Positions 8,748-20,800 of a stretch of 35,237 nt of DNA are shown here, piece by piece. Origin of the DNA: Guillardia theta CCMP2712 (taxonomy: Eukaryota > Protista > Cryptophyta); assembly GCF_000315625.1 (NCBI RefSeq), contig NW_005434397.1, positions 1 through 35,237 of the forward strand, written 5' to 3'. Both the position numbers and the translations under genes were made by a program. The notes under the pieces are model-generated. The model ran no database searches. It was not told where the DNA came from and saw only the letters and a program-made list of their open reading frames with translations. Numbering within the stretch: the stretch's first letter is position 1; every line of letters starts with the position of its first letter.

Positions 8748-9692
8748 ATGTCGTGTGAGCCTGCCACCGCACCCCTCCCCGTCTCGCTCCTGCATGTGCA
8801 GAGAGTGGTAGACCCGGAGAATTACGGCACGCTGGAGATGCTGATGAAGCAGATCCATCACCTCCTCTCGCAGCGCAGGGACAACACCGATGATTTCGCA
8901 CAGCGCGTCGCCTTCTACGGGTTCGGGGATGATGCGTTCCGTGTGTCCTTTTACCGGTTGCTGCAGACCTGCTTCTTCCCCGAGTGGCACTGGTCGTCGG
9001 AGACGGGGCAGGACCGATGGGAGATGCTCGTGAGCTTCAAGGGTAAGATGCAGATCCCCGTGAGCATGGTGGAGCGCCTCTGTGCGCTCTGCCGGAATGA
9101 CATCACCTGCGATGCCTTTGAGAAGGGGGTGACGGACTCCCTCGTCACCTTTGTGCAGCGCATAGACAGGGGCAAGCGGCAGATAGGGTGGATGCGGAAC
9201 CGCCTCAGGGTGGCCTGCATGAAGCACTACGAGAAGATGCTGCAGCGCGAGCAGATGGAGAGGGTGCAGCAGGAGACGGGCATGCAGTTCACAAGCGGTA
9301 ACATGCTTCATTGCTTCCACGAGTGGAGAAACAGCATGATCGAGATACGCAACCACCAGGAGGCCATCCGAAACCTGCTCCTGAGGCAGGATGCGGCGAG
9401 GGACAGCTTCCACGAGCTCCTCATCGCCGTGGAGAACCAGAATCGGATCTTGAGGGGCCAGTTGCATCTCCTCACCGCCATACGGGAGAGGAATCAGGGT
9501 GCGTTGGAGAATGACCTCGAGGAGAGCTATCTGAACATCGTGCAGGATGCCACCAGCGTCATGCAATATGTCACCACCCGGCAGAATTACAACTTTGACA
9601 TCCCAATCGCCATGCAGCCCAAGGCCCTGCCACCCATCATGGAGGTGGAGATGAGCGACATCCCGCCGGAAGAGGTCATTGTCGTCACCTAG
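8748..9692 (+). CDS. Hypothetical protein, about 314 aa, helical/coiled-coil C-terminal half
   Basis: First ATG is at 8748 (the track starts at TTG 8724). High GC3. E/Q/R-rich helical segments. Confidence 0.8.
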   Translation: MSCEPATAPLPVSLLHVQRVVDPENYGTLEMLMKQIHHLLSQRRDNTDDFAQRVAFYGFGDDAFRVSFYRLLQTCFFPEWHWSSETGQDRWEMLVSFKGKMQIPVSMVERLCALCRNDITCDAFEKGVTDSLVTFVQRIDRGKRQIGWMRNRLRVACMKHYEKMLQREQMERVQQETGMQFTSGNMLHCFHEWRNSMIEIRNHQEAIRNLLLRQDAARDSFHELLIAVENQNRILRGQLHLLTAIRERNQGALENDLEESYLNIVQDATSVMQYVTTRQNYNFDIPIAMQPKALPPIMEVEMSDIPPEEVIVVT

Positions 9693-10138
9693 CCTCCGCG
9701 TGGTATCTGCAGCATGCGCTTGAATGCGGCGTAGGTGCTCGGGGAGACGTTGGAGAGGGCCTGCAGGAACGGCTCCTGCGGGTGTATCGGGAGGGTGTCC
9801 TGGTATGTATCGAAGAAGAGCATCGCGTGACCTGTCCAACCTTCACCCGAGAACCAGTGGTTTATGCTGCCCAGCAGGATCTCAAAGAGGTTGCAAAGCG
9901 ACAGCTCGAAAAGGCCCTGCAGCTGCGCCCTATCTATCGAATACACCTCGTAATCCACAAGGGTGAGTTCCTTCTGCCCGTAGACCAGGTTGTTCTCCCC
10001 GACTGCCCCTATGACCTTCCCCTCCCTCTGCAGGTGTATCACACTGTGCAACAGGCTCATGCTGCAGCTGACAAAGTGTGGAACCCCGTAAGGGCACGAG
10101 TCAAAGGCGGACAGAGGAGAGGTAGGGTAATGATCCAT
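9689..10138 (-). CDS. Hypothetical protein, 149 aa
   Basis: ATG-initiated ORF filling the gap. Its stop overlaps the convergent gene's stop (CTAG at 9689-9692). Confidence 0.7.
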   Translation of the reverse strand: MDHYPTSPLSAFDSCPYGVPHFVSCSMSLLHSVIHLQREGKVIGAVGENNLVYGQKELTLVDYEVYSIDRAQLQGLFELSLCNLFEILLGSINHWFSGEGWTGHAMLFFDTYQDTLPIHPQEPFLQALSNVSPSTYAAFKRMLQIPRGG

Positions 10139-10183
10139 ACCGTTGTTTATTCGAAAACAAGGCTTTGGAATTAAATAAAACGC

Positions 10184-11329
10184 CTAGCGCATGCAGAGAT
10201 CACACTTCTTGTTGTCAACACAGAGGATGCAGACGTTGCCATTGTTCGCCATGAGGTACTCTGCGGTGTGCAAAAAGGTCAGGTGCCTGAACAAGAAGGC
10301 GCTGATGCGGTCGCAGTCAAATGCCGCTCCTTGCACGCGGCTGGCAATCTGCTTGCTGAAGGTCTCCTTGGATCTTTCCAAGACCTCAAGCGACCAGGAC
10401 CTGTGAGAGCGGGCGTTGTTGAACTGCTGCTTGTTGGGGAGGTAGTTCACAAAGGGGAAGCCGTGCGTCCAGGAGAGATACGTGACGATCGCAATCTTGA
10501 TCGAGAGCGGGTAGGCATCGCTTGCGGCGATGCGCATCAGCTCCTTGGTCACTCCGTCGCCGTGGCACTTGCAGCGGCCGAGATGCTGCCAGAACCCAAC
10601 CTCGCTCTCGCCCCTCAGGAACGCGCGCTGCAGATCACAGACCATCGGGAAGTAGACCTCCTGGTCCATGTACAGATACCGATTGTAGCGCTCCTCGACA
10701 ACCTTGTAGCCGAGATCGAAGAGGTAGTCGGCAAACGCCTTGGCGTAGACCCTCTGCACCCCGTTCTTGCATCGGGAGCTCAGCATCGTGAAAAAGTACT
10801 GCACGATGAACTTGCGGTAGTTCAGCCTGTCGTTCTGCAGGATGTCCCAGTACCGCAACCAGACAGAGGGCGGGTAGTTGCTCACCCCGACGTCGCTGAA
10901 GTGATGCGTGCGGCTGTCGTGATGCAGAAAGGCGATGATGCTGAAGGCCTGAACGATGTTGATGATGTTCTTGCTCGTCGTGGGGTTGCCCAGGAGCTGC
11001 TGTAGCTTCGACACGCGCTGCTCGTAATCCGCACGCAGGTGCTGATATATCGAGACAACAAAGTGGTCGAAGTGGAACTGCGAGACCCTGAACGAGGAGG
11101 AGTGGTGCGAGATCCGCAGCTCGTCCTGTGCGATGTTGCCACTGAGCAGGTCTTCATCCTGCTTCATCGCCCGCTGGATGATGTCCCCGTCTTGCAGCAG
11201 GCCCTCGGTGAGAAGGTTCTGCGTTGCAGAGAGCAGGGCGGGCTGCAGCAGCTCCAGCACAAACGTCCTCTCGTCGGTGAACGGGAGACGGTCGGCATTG
11301 CTCAAAAGGGGTACTCCAGGCATGGACAT
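10184..11329 (-). CDS. Hypothetical protein, 381 aa, with C-terminal Cys cluster (CILC...CDLC)
   Basis: GC3-biased ORF. Minus-strand AATAAA at 10146-10151. Two terminal CxxC pairs could bind Zn. Confidence 0.82.
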   Translation of the reverse strand: MSMPGVPLLSNADRLPFTDERTFVLELLQPALLSATQNLLTEGLLQDGDIIQRAMKQDEDLLSGNIAQDELRISHHSSSFRVSQFHFDHFVVSIYQHLRADYEQRVSKLQQLLGNPTTSKNIINIVQAFSIIAFLHHDSRTHHFSDVGVSNYPPSVWLRYWDILQNDRLNYRKFIVQYFFTMLSSRCKNGVQRVYAKAFADYLFDLGYKVVEERYNRYLYMDQEVYFPMVCDLQRAFLRGESEVGFWQHLGRCKCHGDGVTKELMRIAASDAYPLSIKIAIVTYLSWTHGFPFVNYLPNKQQFNNARSHRSWSLEVLERSKETFSKQIASRVQGAAFDCDRISAFLFRHLTFLHTAEYLMANNGNVCILCVDNKKCDLCMR

Positions 11330-11363
11330 GGCGTAGGTGGGGAGGGGAGGCCCGGGGAGGAGC

Positions 11364-11392
11364 TCTTATAGACATTCTTCTTTACTACAGGG
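11364..11392 (-). promoter_or_regulatory. Putative promoter: CCCTGTAGTAAA plus TATAAGA
   Basis: 11/12 match to the motif at 29841-29852. Both are followed by TATAAGA upstream of a minus-strand start codon. Confidence 0.45.
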
Positions 11393-11454
11393 GAATTTTT
11401 ACTCAACTTCTTAGCTTCCAAAATGCACTCTGCCAGATATCCGTGTATTTAAGC

Positions 11455-11814
11455 ATGGTAAAGCTCGATGAAGCATCAATGCTTCAGTTGACCTCTTTTG
11501 AACCCGAACAATGGGGCGGATCCTTCACAGAACGCAGGAAGGAATACAAACTGGCAGGCAAGAGACTTGCCAGTGAGTACATTGCCAAGGGTGTATCTGC
11601 AACAGTCTTATGCCAAGATATTGGTCACTGCAGGAGTTTCATCAGTACCAACACCGTAGTAAGGAACAGTCAACAGGAGCTCATCTACAAGAAGGTCGGT
11701 AATGTCGATATGACTAAGTTTGAAAAACTCTGTTTCCAGATTGCATTACACACTTCAGCTCTCAAGATTTTGAAGGCTCATATGCTCACTTTGAGGAAGA
11801 AAAAAGTATGTTGA
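11455..11814 (+). CDS. Hypothetical basic protein, about 119 aa, lower GC than neighbours
   Basis: ATG at 11455 (the track starts at GTG 11443). Fills the gap. Lys-rich C-terminus RKKK. Confidence 0.65.
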   Translation: MVKLDEASMLQLTSFEPEQWGGSFTERRKEYKLAGKRLASEYIAKGVSATVLCQDIGHCRSFISTNTVVRNSQQELIYKKVGNVDMTKFEKLCFQIALHTSALKILKAHMLTLRKKKVC

Positions 11815-11850
11815 GGACAGTTCTAATTGGATTCGTCTAGTTGATAAACA

Positions 11851-14800
11851 TCACCAACCCGGTTCCATCCAAAACGCCCTCTGCCTGCTCGGCACCGCGA
11901 CATACACGTAGCTAAACACCTGCCCATTGCTCTCGATCCAATCCCGGAAGGCTGACGGCCAGGGGTAAGCGGTGGAGACGAGGAAGTAGCTCGTTGTCTG
12001 CACGTCCCTTCCTGCGCACAGCGTAGATCCGACCTGTGCCGGCATCAGGAGGTTCTTCACGCCCCACGCGCTGGCCTGAGCCTCGCACAGCGCCTCGTCG
12101 TCGGGGAGATGGAGTATGTCCAGCATCCCGACCGTGGATGTCCTCGTGATGCAATTCTGAGGGAAGTCCCCGAAGCAGATCTGCTGGAAGGCGTCGGTGA
12201 AGACCCAATGGCTGTTGTCCTGTGTCTGGAACACCCTCCCCTGCACCACCAGGTTGTCCAACAGGTCCTTGACCAGAGACCCCACCGCGTGTATCATCAC
12301 GATCTCGATCTCTGTGATCCCCGGGTGATGCAGCGCCAGCACAAGCGATGCCTGCTGATCGGAGGCGGACCAGAGCTCCATCCCCTCGCTGTAGTCTCGC
12401 CACGTGCCGTTGAGCCCCTCCCTCACGCTGGCCGAGAGGTTGCGCTTGTCGAAGGCTTGCAGGGTGTCGTGGCATGCCCCGGTGAATCCCTCCCTCCCCG
12501 CCGTCACAACGCCCGTGTAGGTGTACCTCCGGCTCTCATCGGAGAGCAGCATGGAGAGCCTGATCGCGTCGAAGCCCACAGAGGGCGTCTCGAGGAAGAT
12601 CCAGGCATAGCTCCCTGCCAGCCATTGGAACAGCGCCTCGCAGTGAGCGCCCACAGACCACTTGTCGAGGATCACGGAATCCTGCAGCCAGGGAGAGCCC
12701 AGCCAGCAGGTGGGGATGGCTGCGAGAGAGGGGCAGACAGGGAGGTACCCAGTGACGTTGCTGGCCTGCAGCGAGAGCAGGAATGTCAGTGCCTGCCCGC
12801 GGAGAAGCATGGTCGTTGGTCCGTGGAAGAACAGCTTCAGCGCCCTCACAGGGGTGCCGGGGAAGGAGAAGACGTCCATGGAGAGGTAATCGATGCTGTC
12901 GCTCGTCCATTTCTGCATCACGCTGACGGTGGCGGAGACGGATCGGCTGTAGGAGAAGCGGTGGAAGACTGTCTCGAAGCGTATGTCCGAGACCTGATCC
13001 TGCTTGAGGAACGTCACGGCAATGTAAAACGAACAGTTGAGCGTTGTCTGCCCCCATGCCGTGCAGTTTGGCATATCACCGAGGGCCTGCAGGTCCAGTG
13101 TGAAATTCATATACTCTGCAGGATCACCCGAGAGCTGCATGAAGCTGTAACTGTCGTAGTAGAACGGGAGGGCGGCCTCGAAGAGGTTCTTGGTCCATTC
13201 ATCACAATTGCAGATCTGGCAATCGGGGATGCGATACAGCACGTAATCGGAGGTCCGGCAAGAGCAGTTGATCGAACCGCAGGTGGAATTGACCTGAAGC
13301 AGGCTGGAGGGCAGCAGCGACGGATTCCATCTCAGGCCACGGATGTACTCCATGCAGCACACGTCACACTGAAAGGGGGAGCGGATGGCGTATAACACCG
13401 GGAAGCTCCCCACCTCGTCGTGCTGCACGAGGATCTGCCCCGAGACCCTCTCGTGGAGATGATCGACGGAAACCTTCCGGAAGCTGACGTCGTCAATCCC
13501 AGGCAGCACCACCCCGGCCGCGGGCTCGCAGGAATCAAAGGCGGTGTCGAGGATGTATCCCGCATCGCAGTTGATCTCACACCCGTAGTTGGAAACGCGG
13601 TAGGTCTTGGCGATGCTGTCGCTCGCGCTGCAGTTCAGACATGGAGAATCAGAGAGCCCCTTCTTGAACGATAGCACCGGACAGAGCCTGCAAACCTTGG
13701 TGAGAGCAACGGCATCCTTGGCTATGAGCCCGTACGAGTCGATGCACTGGCACCGATCCCAGGTGTCCGCCGCGCTGGAGTTTGTGCTGGTGTAAAGCCC
13801 GACGGTGACACAGCTCAAACACCCGACGCTTGCCTCCGAGGGCTGGAAGTAACCCACCGGGCAGGGAGAGCAAGGGCTGTTGGAGAGGTAGGGCTTGCTG
13901 TAACCCGGGGGGCAGGCGGCACACTCCACTGCCCTGACATACCCGTATCCAGCCTTGCAGATACAGTTGGAAATGTCCGTGCTTGCAAACGGCGAGTTGG
14001 ATCCTGATGGGCAGGGCCTGCAATCGCCGATAGATGCCGCCCCGAGGGAGGGCTGGTACGTGCCGGCATCGCAGGCGATGCATGCAAAGTTGTTGATCCC
14101 TGGCTTGTAATACCCGGGGAGGCAGGCGGAGCATGTGGCGCCGTTTGGCTCGTGTCCGGCAAGGCACTGGCATGCGGAGATCGACTGCGAGCCCGTCACC
14201 AGGGTTGTCTTCCCCGGCGGGCACTCGTAACACCCGGAGAGGATCATCGTGAGATCCGAGGAGAACTTCCCAATAGGACAGCTGGCACAGGAGGACTGCC
14301 CAGGGTTGATCGAGAAAGTCCCCGTTGTGCAGGTCTTGCAGTATAGCGATGCTAGCTCACCGGCATACTCACCGGCCTTGCAGGCCTCGCAGGGGGTGTT
14401 GAAAGAATCCGCCTTGGAAGTCCCCAGCTTGCACGGCTCGCACACGAGAGAGTCGTTCCCTGTGATGACAGCCCCGTACCCCGCAAGGCACTGGCAGTCG
14501 AGGATCGACGGGTTGGCCAGGGTGTATGCCGTCGAGTGGTTCGGGCAGGAGAGGCAAGATGCAGAGCTGTTCGCCGCATACGTCGGCTGGTAGGTTACAT
14601 AGTCGCAGGGTATGCAGAAGAAACCCCCCGTGGCATCCTGGTAATACCCGGGCTCGCATGCCTGGCACGAGCTCATGTTTGTCTCCGGCGCGTAATATCC
14701 CGCTGCACACGGAGCGCAAGACAGCATGTCGCCATGCCTGTAACTTCCCTGTAGGCATGCCCTGCACACCCACACACCGCCGACGAATGCGACCTCGAAC

Positions 14801-17800
14801 CCATCAGGGCACCTGCACTGCATCACGTCGCTGGACCTGGCATTGCTCACCGCGCCCTCTGGGCAGTTCAGGCAAACCACCTTCAGGGGATCCGAGTAGG
14901 TGTTGTTCGGGCACACATCGCAATGGTACCCGGTGGTGTTGAGGAAAGTCCCATGGTCACACTGCAGACAGCTTGTCGAGCCCTCATAGGAGTAGTATCC
15001 CGAGGCACACCTCAGGCAGGTGGTCTGGGATGCATCCGAGTAGGTCTGCCTAGGGCAGGTGACACAGAACCCGAAGCCATCGCCAGAGACAGACCCGGGG
15101 CTGCAACGCGTGCAGTTTGTCGCCCCGGGATGTGAGTAGAAGCCACCCTTGCACATTCCGCAGGTGGAGAGGCCGTAGCCCCAACCGTAGTATCCTGCCG
15201 AGCAGTTCTCACAAGACAAGATGCTGTCCGATCCGTTGGCAACCGAAAAGGTCCCCGGGGGGCAGAGATCGCAAAAGGTCTGCCCGAGCAAGGGTTGGTA
15301 CCTCCCGTAACCGCAGCCAAGGCAGGCAGACGCCCTTTCGATCGTGTTGTAGTACCCCGCCCCGCAGGGAAGGCAGTGATAGAAGTAAGACTCTGCAAAG
15401 AACCCTGGGAGGCAGTCTCTGCAGAACGTGGATCCAGCGGGGGAGGCAGAGCCCGGGAGGCAAACCCCGCAGACAGACGCGTTGTGGTAGGGGTTGAACT
15501 CACCGTCCGAACAATTCTGGCATGCCGAGGCGGTCCCAGCACCCGTCTGGTCTGAGAACTTACCCGGGTCGCACGCGATGCAGGATGTCCCGGCGAGGGA
15601 ATCTTGGTATCTCCCCGTCCCGCAGGTGAGGCAAGATGTCTTGGCAGGTTCCGGTTGGTATCTCCCTGCCTCGCAGTCGTCGCACACCCCCGATCCTGGC
15701 AGGGAGACGGTCCCCGGAGCGCAGGGGACACACTCCGCCGAGCCCACAGTCGATGCGTAGCCCCCAGGGCACTGCTGGCAGACGGATGAGCCGGCAAAGG
15801 GGGAGTGGTACCCAGCGCTGCAATTCCTGCAGGTCACGCTGCTGTTGGCGCCGATGGCAGCCGAGTAGCTCCCCGCACGGCAGGCGCTGCAGAACGTCTG
15901 GTTCGAGAGCTGCTGGTAGCTCCCTACGGCGCAGTCGTAGCACGCCGTCGAGCGGTTGCTGGAGAACTTCCCAGGCTGGCAGGCAATGCAGTTCAACCTG
16001 GAATCGTCCCCGATCGACCCAGCGGGGCAGAGCTCACACCCGCTCGTGCGGGCAACGTACCCGGGAAGGCAGAAGACACAGGTGCCAGCGACGTCGGCGT
16101 ACGCCAGCAGGCAGCTGCAGTTGGCACTGGAGATCGAGCCAGCCGGTGCAAAGGAGAAGTTCCTGCATGCCCTGCAATCGGACAGTTGCTGCGATGCGTG
16201 ATCCGGGTTGTAGGTGCTGTTCGGGCAAATCACACAGGCCCGGTTCGAGACCTCTGACTTGTACGTACCGGGGAAGCAACCCTTGCACTCATCCCACACG
16301 GGCACGTAAGCAAAACCCTTGACACACTCACAGCCCATGCGATTCCCGGTGCCCGCGGGCGAGATGCTGTTGGATCGGCAATCCAGGCATGTTGCAGAGG
16401 CATTGGCAGCCACGGCCTCGCTGTAGGTGTTGTTGGGGCAGAGGCTGCAGTAGTCCGCGCCGTAGGTGGCCTTGTATGTGCCAATGGGGCATGCGCTGCA
16501 AGCACCGGATCCCCCCGTGTAGCCCGGCACACAGACGCAGCTCGAGACGTACGCGAGGGAGGGCTGGAAGCTCGTGCTGTGCTCCGGGCAGTCGGTACAG
16601 ACCGTCGGGGAAGGAGACGCGAGCACGGTGGAATAGGTACCGTCGCTGCAGAAGGTGCAGGGAAAGTCTCCCTCGGGGATTTTATAAGTGCCCACGGGGC
16701 AGGGCTGGCATGCCGTGCCGTTCCGACCATGGAATCCCTGCATGCAATGACAATCGTACTGGCTACCGGATCCATCCTTACTTGTGCTGTTCTGTGGGCA
16801 TGCCTGGCATACCTTGCTATCACTGGCGAGTGGAACCGGAGAGAAGGTCGCAACAGGGCACAGGTCACAGCGGGTGAGATTATACCCTATGGAGAAGGAA
16901 CCTGGTACACACCCGATGCACTCGAAGGGATACCCAGCGCCCCCGACATGGAACCCAGGTGTGCAGCTGCAATTCCCGATGCTGATTGAACGATTCCCTG
17001 ACACGGCGTGCAGTGGGCATGAGGAGCAATTCAGGACGGATACACTGCCGTAACCCGAGAGATAGGTGTTGGCGGGGCATTCGAGGCAAGGTCCGGTTAG
17101 GCCATCCTTGTAGGTTCCAGGCCAGCATTGCTTGCAAGTAAACGCACCGCCGCTATACACCCTCTCGTATCCCTGGATGCAAAGGCAATCCTCCAAGGCC
17201 ACCGAACCGCCGGGAGAGACAGAGTTTGCAGGGCAAGAGCTGCAGGCGGTGCTCCCAACAGCGCTTCCGAAGGTGTTGCTCGGGCAAGACAGGCAGCTGA
17301 CATTGCCTAGCGATGGCTTGTACCTGCCCAGGGCGCAGGAGGAGCATCCGAAGGTTGATGCCCCGTAGAAAGGTTCAAATCCAGCGTTGCACTCGCACAC
17401 TGCCTGCGAGAGGCTCAGCCTGGTGCTGTTTGCCGTGCAAGAGATGCAATTCGATGAAGAGCTGGAGGCGACAATGAGAGAGTACTGGTTGTTTCCGCAC
17501 GGCTGGCAGTACGTCCTGTTGTAAGAAGAGGTGTAATACCCTGCCGGGCATGCGACGCAGGCATCCCCCACCCTGTAATAACCAGGGATGCACAGGCAGC
17601 CACCGATCGAGCCCGTGCCGTTGGCGGATTGCGAGAATTCCGGGCATTGCAGGCAGGATTCGACAGAGACCTGTGCATACCTGGGCTGGTAGGTGTTGGC
17701 CGGGCATCTGCTGCACTGCAACATGCTCCTCGTCGGTTTGTAGGTGCCGGGGATGCAGGCAGAGCAGTTCTCACTCCGGGGTCCGCTGTATCCAACCTCA

Positions 17801-20800
17801 CAGATGCAGTTGATCAGGCTGGAGGAGAGGTTGTAGGCGAAGGTGTGATCTGGGCACCTCACCGCAGGGTCCAGAGAGCCCGCACAGTAGTAATTCTCCG
17901 GGCACGGGTAGCATTCACCGTTGGGGAGGAGATACGTCCCAGGCTTGCAGGCACACTCGCTCACCTTCGAGATGCCCATCTTCGAGTAGGTGCCATTGGG
18001 GCAGGGCTGCTTCTCCGTGTATCCGCCACCGCAGAAGAAGTCGTACGGGCACTCGTAGCAGAACACGGAGTCGTTGACAAAGTAATTCCCCGGCTTGCAC
18101 ATGCATCCGTACTTGGATCCCTGCCCTGCAACGCTGAAAGATCCCGTTGGGCAATCGTACATCTGCTGATTGTTGCAGTAGTGATCAGGAGGGCATATCT
18201 CGCAGACCTTGGGGAAGAAGCTCGTGGCGTAGTACCCCGCGAAGCAGTCGCAGAAATAATCCGTCATGGCATTCGTCGGGGAGGACGAGTGAGGAGGGCA
18301 GACATAGACGCTGCCGTTGTAACAGTACGAGCCGGCAACGCAATCGACACATATCGCACATTCACAGTACGTTCCCGGGCCACGGAAGCCCTCATTGCAC
18401 GCGCACTCGTAGCTCCCAATCGTGTTGGTGCAGGTTGCGTCTATGCTGCAGTTGTTCACAGCAAGGCACTCGTTCAGGTCAACACAGAGGTTGGAAGAAG
18501 AGAGCCTGTAACCCACCGGGCAGGTGCAGGTGAAGCTCCCCTGCGTGTCCGTGCAGGTCGCCATCGGATCGCAGGGCGCCGGATCCAGCAGGCACTCGTC
18601 GATGTTCAGGCACAGGCCAGAGGGCTCTGTGCTGAAGCCCGGGTTGCAGACACAGTAGAAGCTCCCGATCGTGTCGAAGCATGCGCTGTTGTTCTGGCAG
18701 ACGGAGGATGCGTTCAGGCATTCGTCAATATTCACACAGCTCGACACCGACGGCCCCACTGTGTAACCAGCATCGCAATCGCACTGGAAGGAGCCGAGGG
18801 TGTTGCGGCAGGTGGTCGTGGCGAGATCGCAGCTGTCGCTGCCCAGCGAGCACTCATCGATATCAACACAGGCGCTGCCGGATAGCTGCCAGCCCACCCT
18901 GCAGGTGCAGGTGTAGGAGCCTTCCGTGTTCTGGCAGTCGGCATTCAGCATGCAGGCAGACGAGTATGCCGTGCACTCGTTCACATCCAGGCAGCTGCTG
19001 CCCGAGAGCTGATACCCGGCATTGCAGCTGCACTGGCTGAAGGAAACGGACCCCTCCGCGGCCGTGCTGCCATGAATCGGGCAGGGAGAACAGGCGGTGT
19101 TGGATACAGAATCCTTGTAGGTTCCGATATCACAGGCCAGGCAGAGGAACAGTCTTGAATCATTCCGGTAGCCCTTGATGCATTCACAGCTGTCTGACAC
19201 AGGGCTTGCAGATGGAGAGATGGCATTGCCCGGGCACTGCTGGCATTGCAGCACAGAGGTGGATGCCGTGGATGGCAAGAATGTGTTCTCCGGGCATTCA
19301 CTGCAGGGCTCCATCAGCAATGTGCTCTTGAACTTGCCCGCGGGGCACTGCTGGCAGTAATCGCCACCGGGCTGAAAGCCTGGCAGACATACACAGCTGC
19401 TCTTCACAGTGGATCCTGCGCTGCTGTTCGAGTTCAGAGGGCAGGAGCTACAGGAGGATAACGCCGTTGCCGCCAACGCCGGCTGGTAGGTGTTTTCCGG
19501 GCACTGCTGGCATGCCCCCGATCCCGTGCCAGACTTGTAGCTCCCTGCAGGGCACGCATTGCAGGCCGCCCCGTCCACTCCAGAGTATCCCGCTTTGCAT
19601 ACACAGAGAGAGATATCGTCCCGCGAGCCCGTAGAGACGGTATTTGCAGGGCACAGCAAACAGCCGCCATTGCCGGTGAAGTCCTTGTAGGCAGATGCAT
19701 TGCAGGCCGTGCAGGCACCCGAGCGCAGTTCAAACCCTGGCTTGCAGAGGCAGCTGCCTGATGAGACCTCCGCCTCACCATTCTCGCTGTTGGCGATGCA
19801 AGGAGAGCAGGCAGCGCTTCCCGTGGTGTCCTTATACTTGCCGCTGATGCAGGCATTGCACGACCAACCCCCGCTGCCAGTGTATCCCTTGTCGCACACA
19901 CAGGCGGACAGCGAGGAAGAGGCGGTGGCCAGCGTAACCGTGTGAGGAGGACAGGTCGTGCAGGATCCGTAGGCATGCACCTCGCACAACGAGAGGCTGT
20001 CAGCCGCCGCTACGGCCTGGATGGTCAGGATCGACCCCGTTGCGCTGCAGGGCACGGAGGATGTTCCCGACAGCGTATTGTAGCTGCTGCAGATGGCGTT
20101 GGTGGCGATGATCGTCGAATTCCCCACTGTGACCTCCACGTTGGCGGTGTTGGCACCCGATGTGATCACCAACTCGGAGATGAGGAAAGGGCCTGGCAGG
20201 GTGGCGGTGAAGGTTGGATCCAGCTCGACCGAGGTCGTCGCACACGTCGCCGCGGAACCGTCGATGGCCCTGCCCGCGTTGGAGGGGTTGCTTGACATGG
20301 TGACTGTTGTTCCTGGAAGCTGCAATAGATCTGTCGTATCCCTGATTCCGACTGCTGTCTTGTAAGATCCCGCAGAGCAGGCCAGGCAAGCCGTAGTCCC
20401 GTAGTATCCCGCATTGCACAGGCACTGAGAGGAGAGCGTAGATGCGGTCTGAAGCGTGATTCCGGGCATAGGGCACGACTTGCAGACCCCCGCCTCCTCG
20501 TAATACCCAATGCCACAGGCTGTACAGGGGCCACCGGCGCTCCCGACATATCCGCGATTGCAAGTGCAATCCGTGATCTGTGTGCTGTTGGCGGGCGAAT
20601 CGGCGTTGGTGGCACAGGCAGTGCAAACGGTAGAGCCTTGTGTCGACGAGAACTTGCCCGCTTGGCAGCTAGTGCAAGGCCCCCCGGCAGGGCCGTAAGA
20701 TCCAGGGTTGCAGCTGCAGGCCGTGCGTGCGGTGGATAGCGCGGAGGAATTGGAAAAGGCAGGACAGTCGAGGCAGGGAGAGTCTCCCGCCAGTGCCTTG

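Noticed and set aside
8478-9839. Long antisense/alternative-frame ORFs (also 4804-5754, 12109-13395, 17629-18885, 22555-23595, 30236-31429)
   Set aside because: Shadow ORFs caused by high GC3 in the real genes. Arg/Ala/Gly/His-biased with no recognisable motifs.
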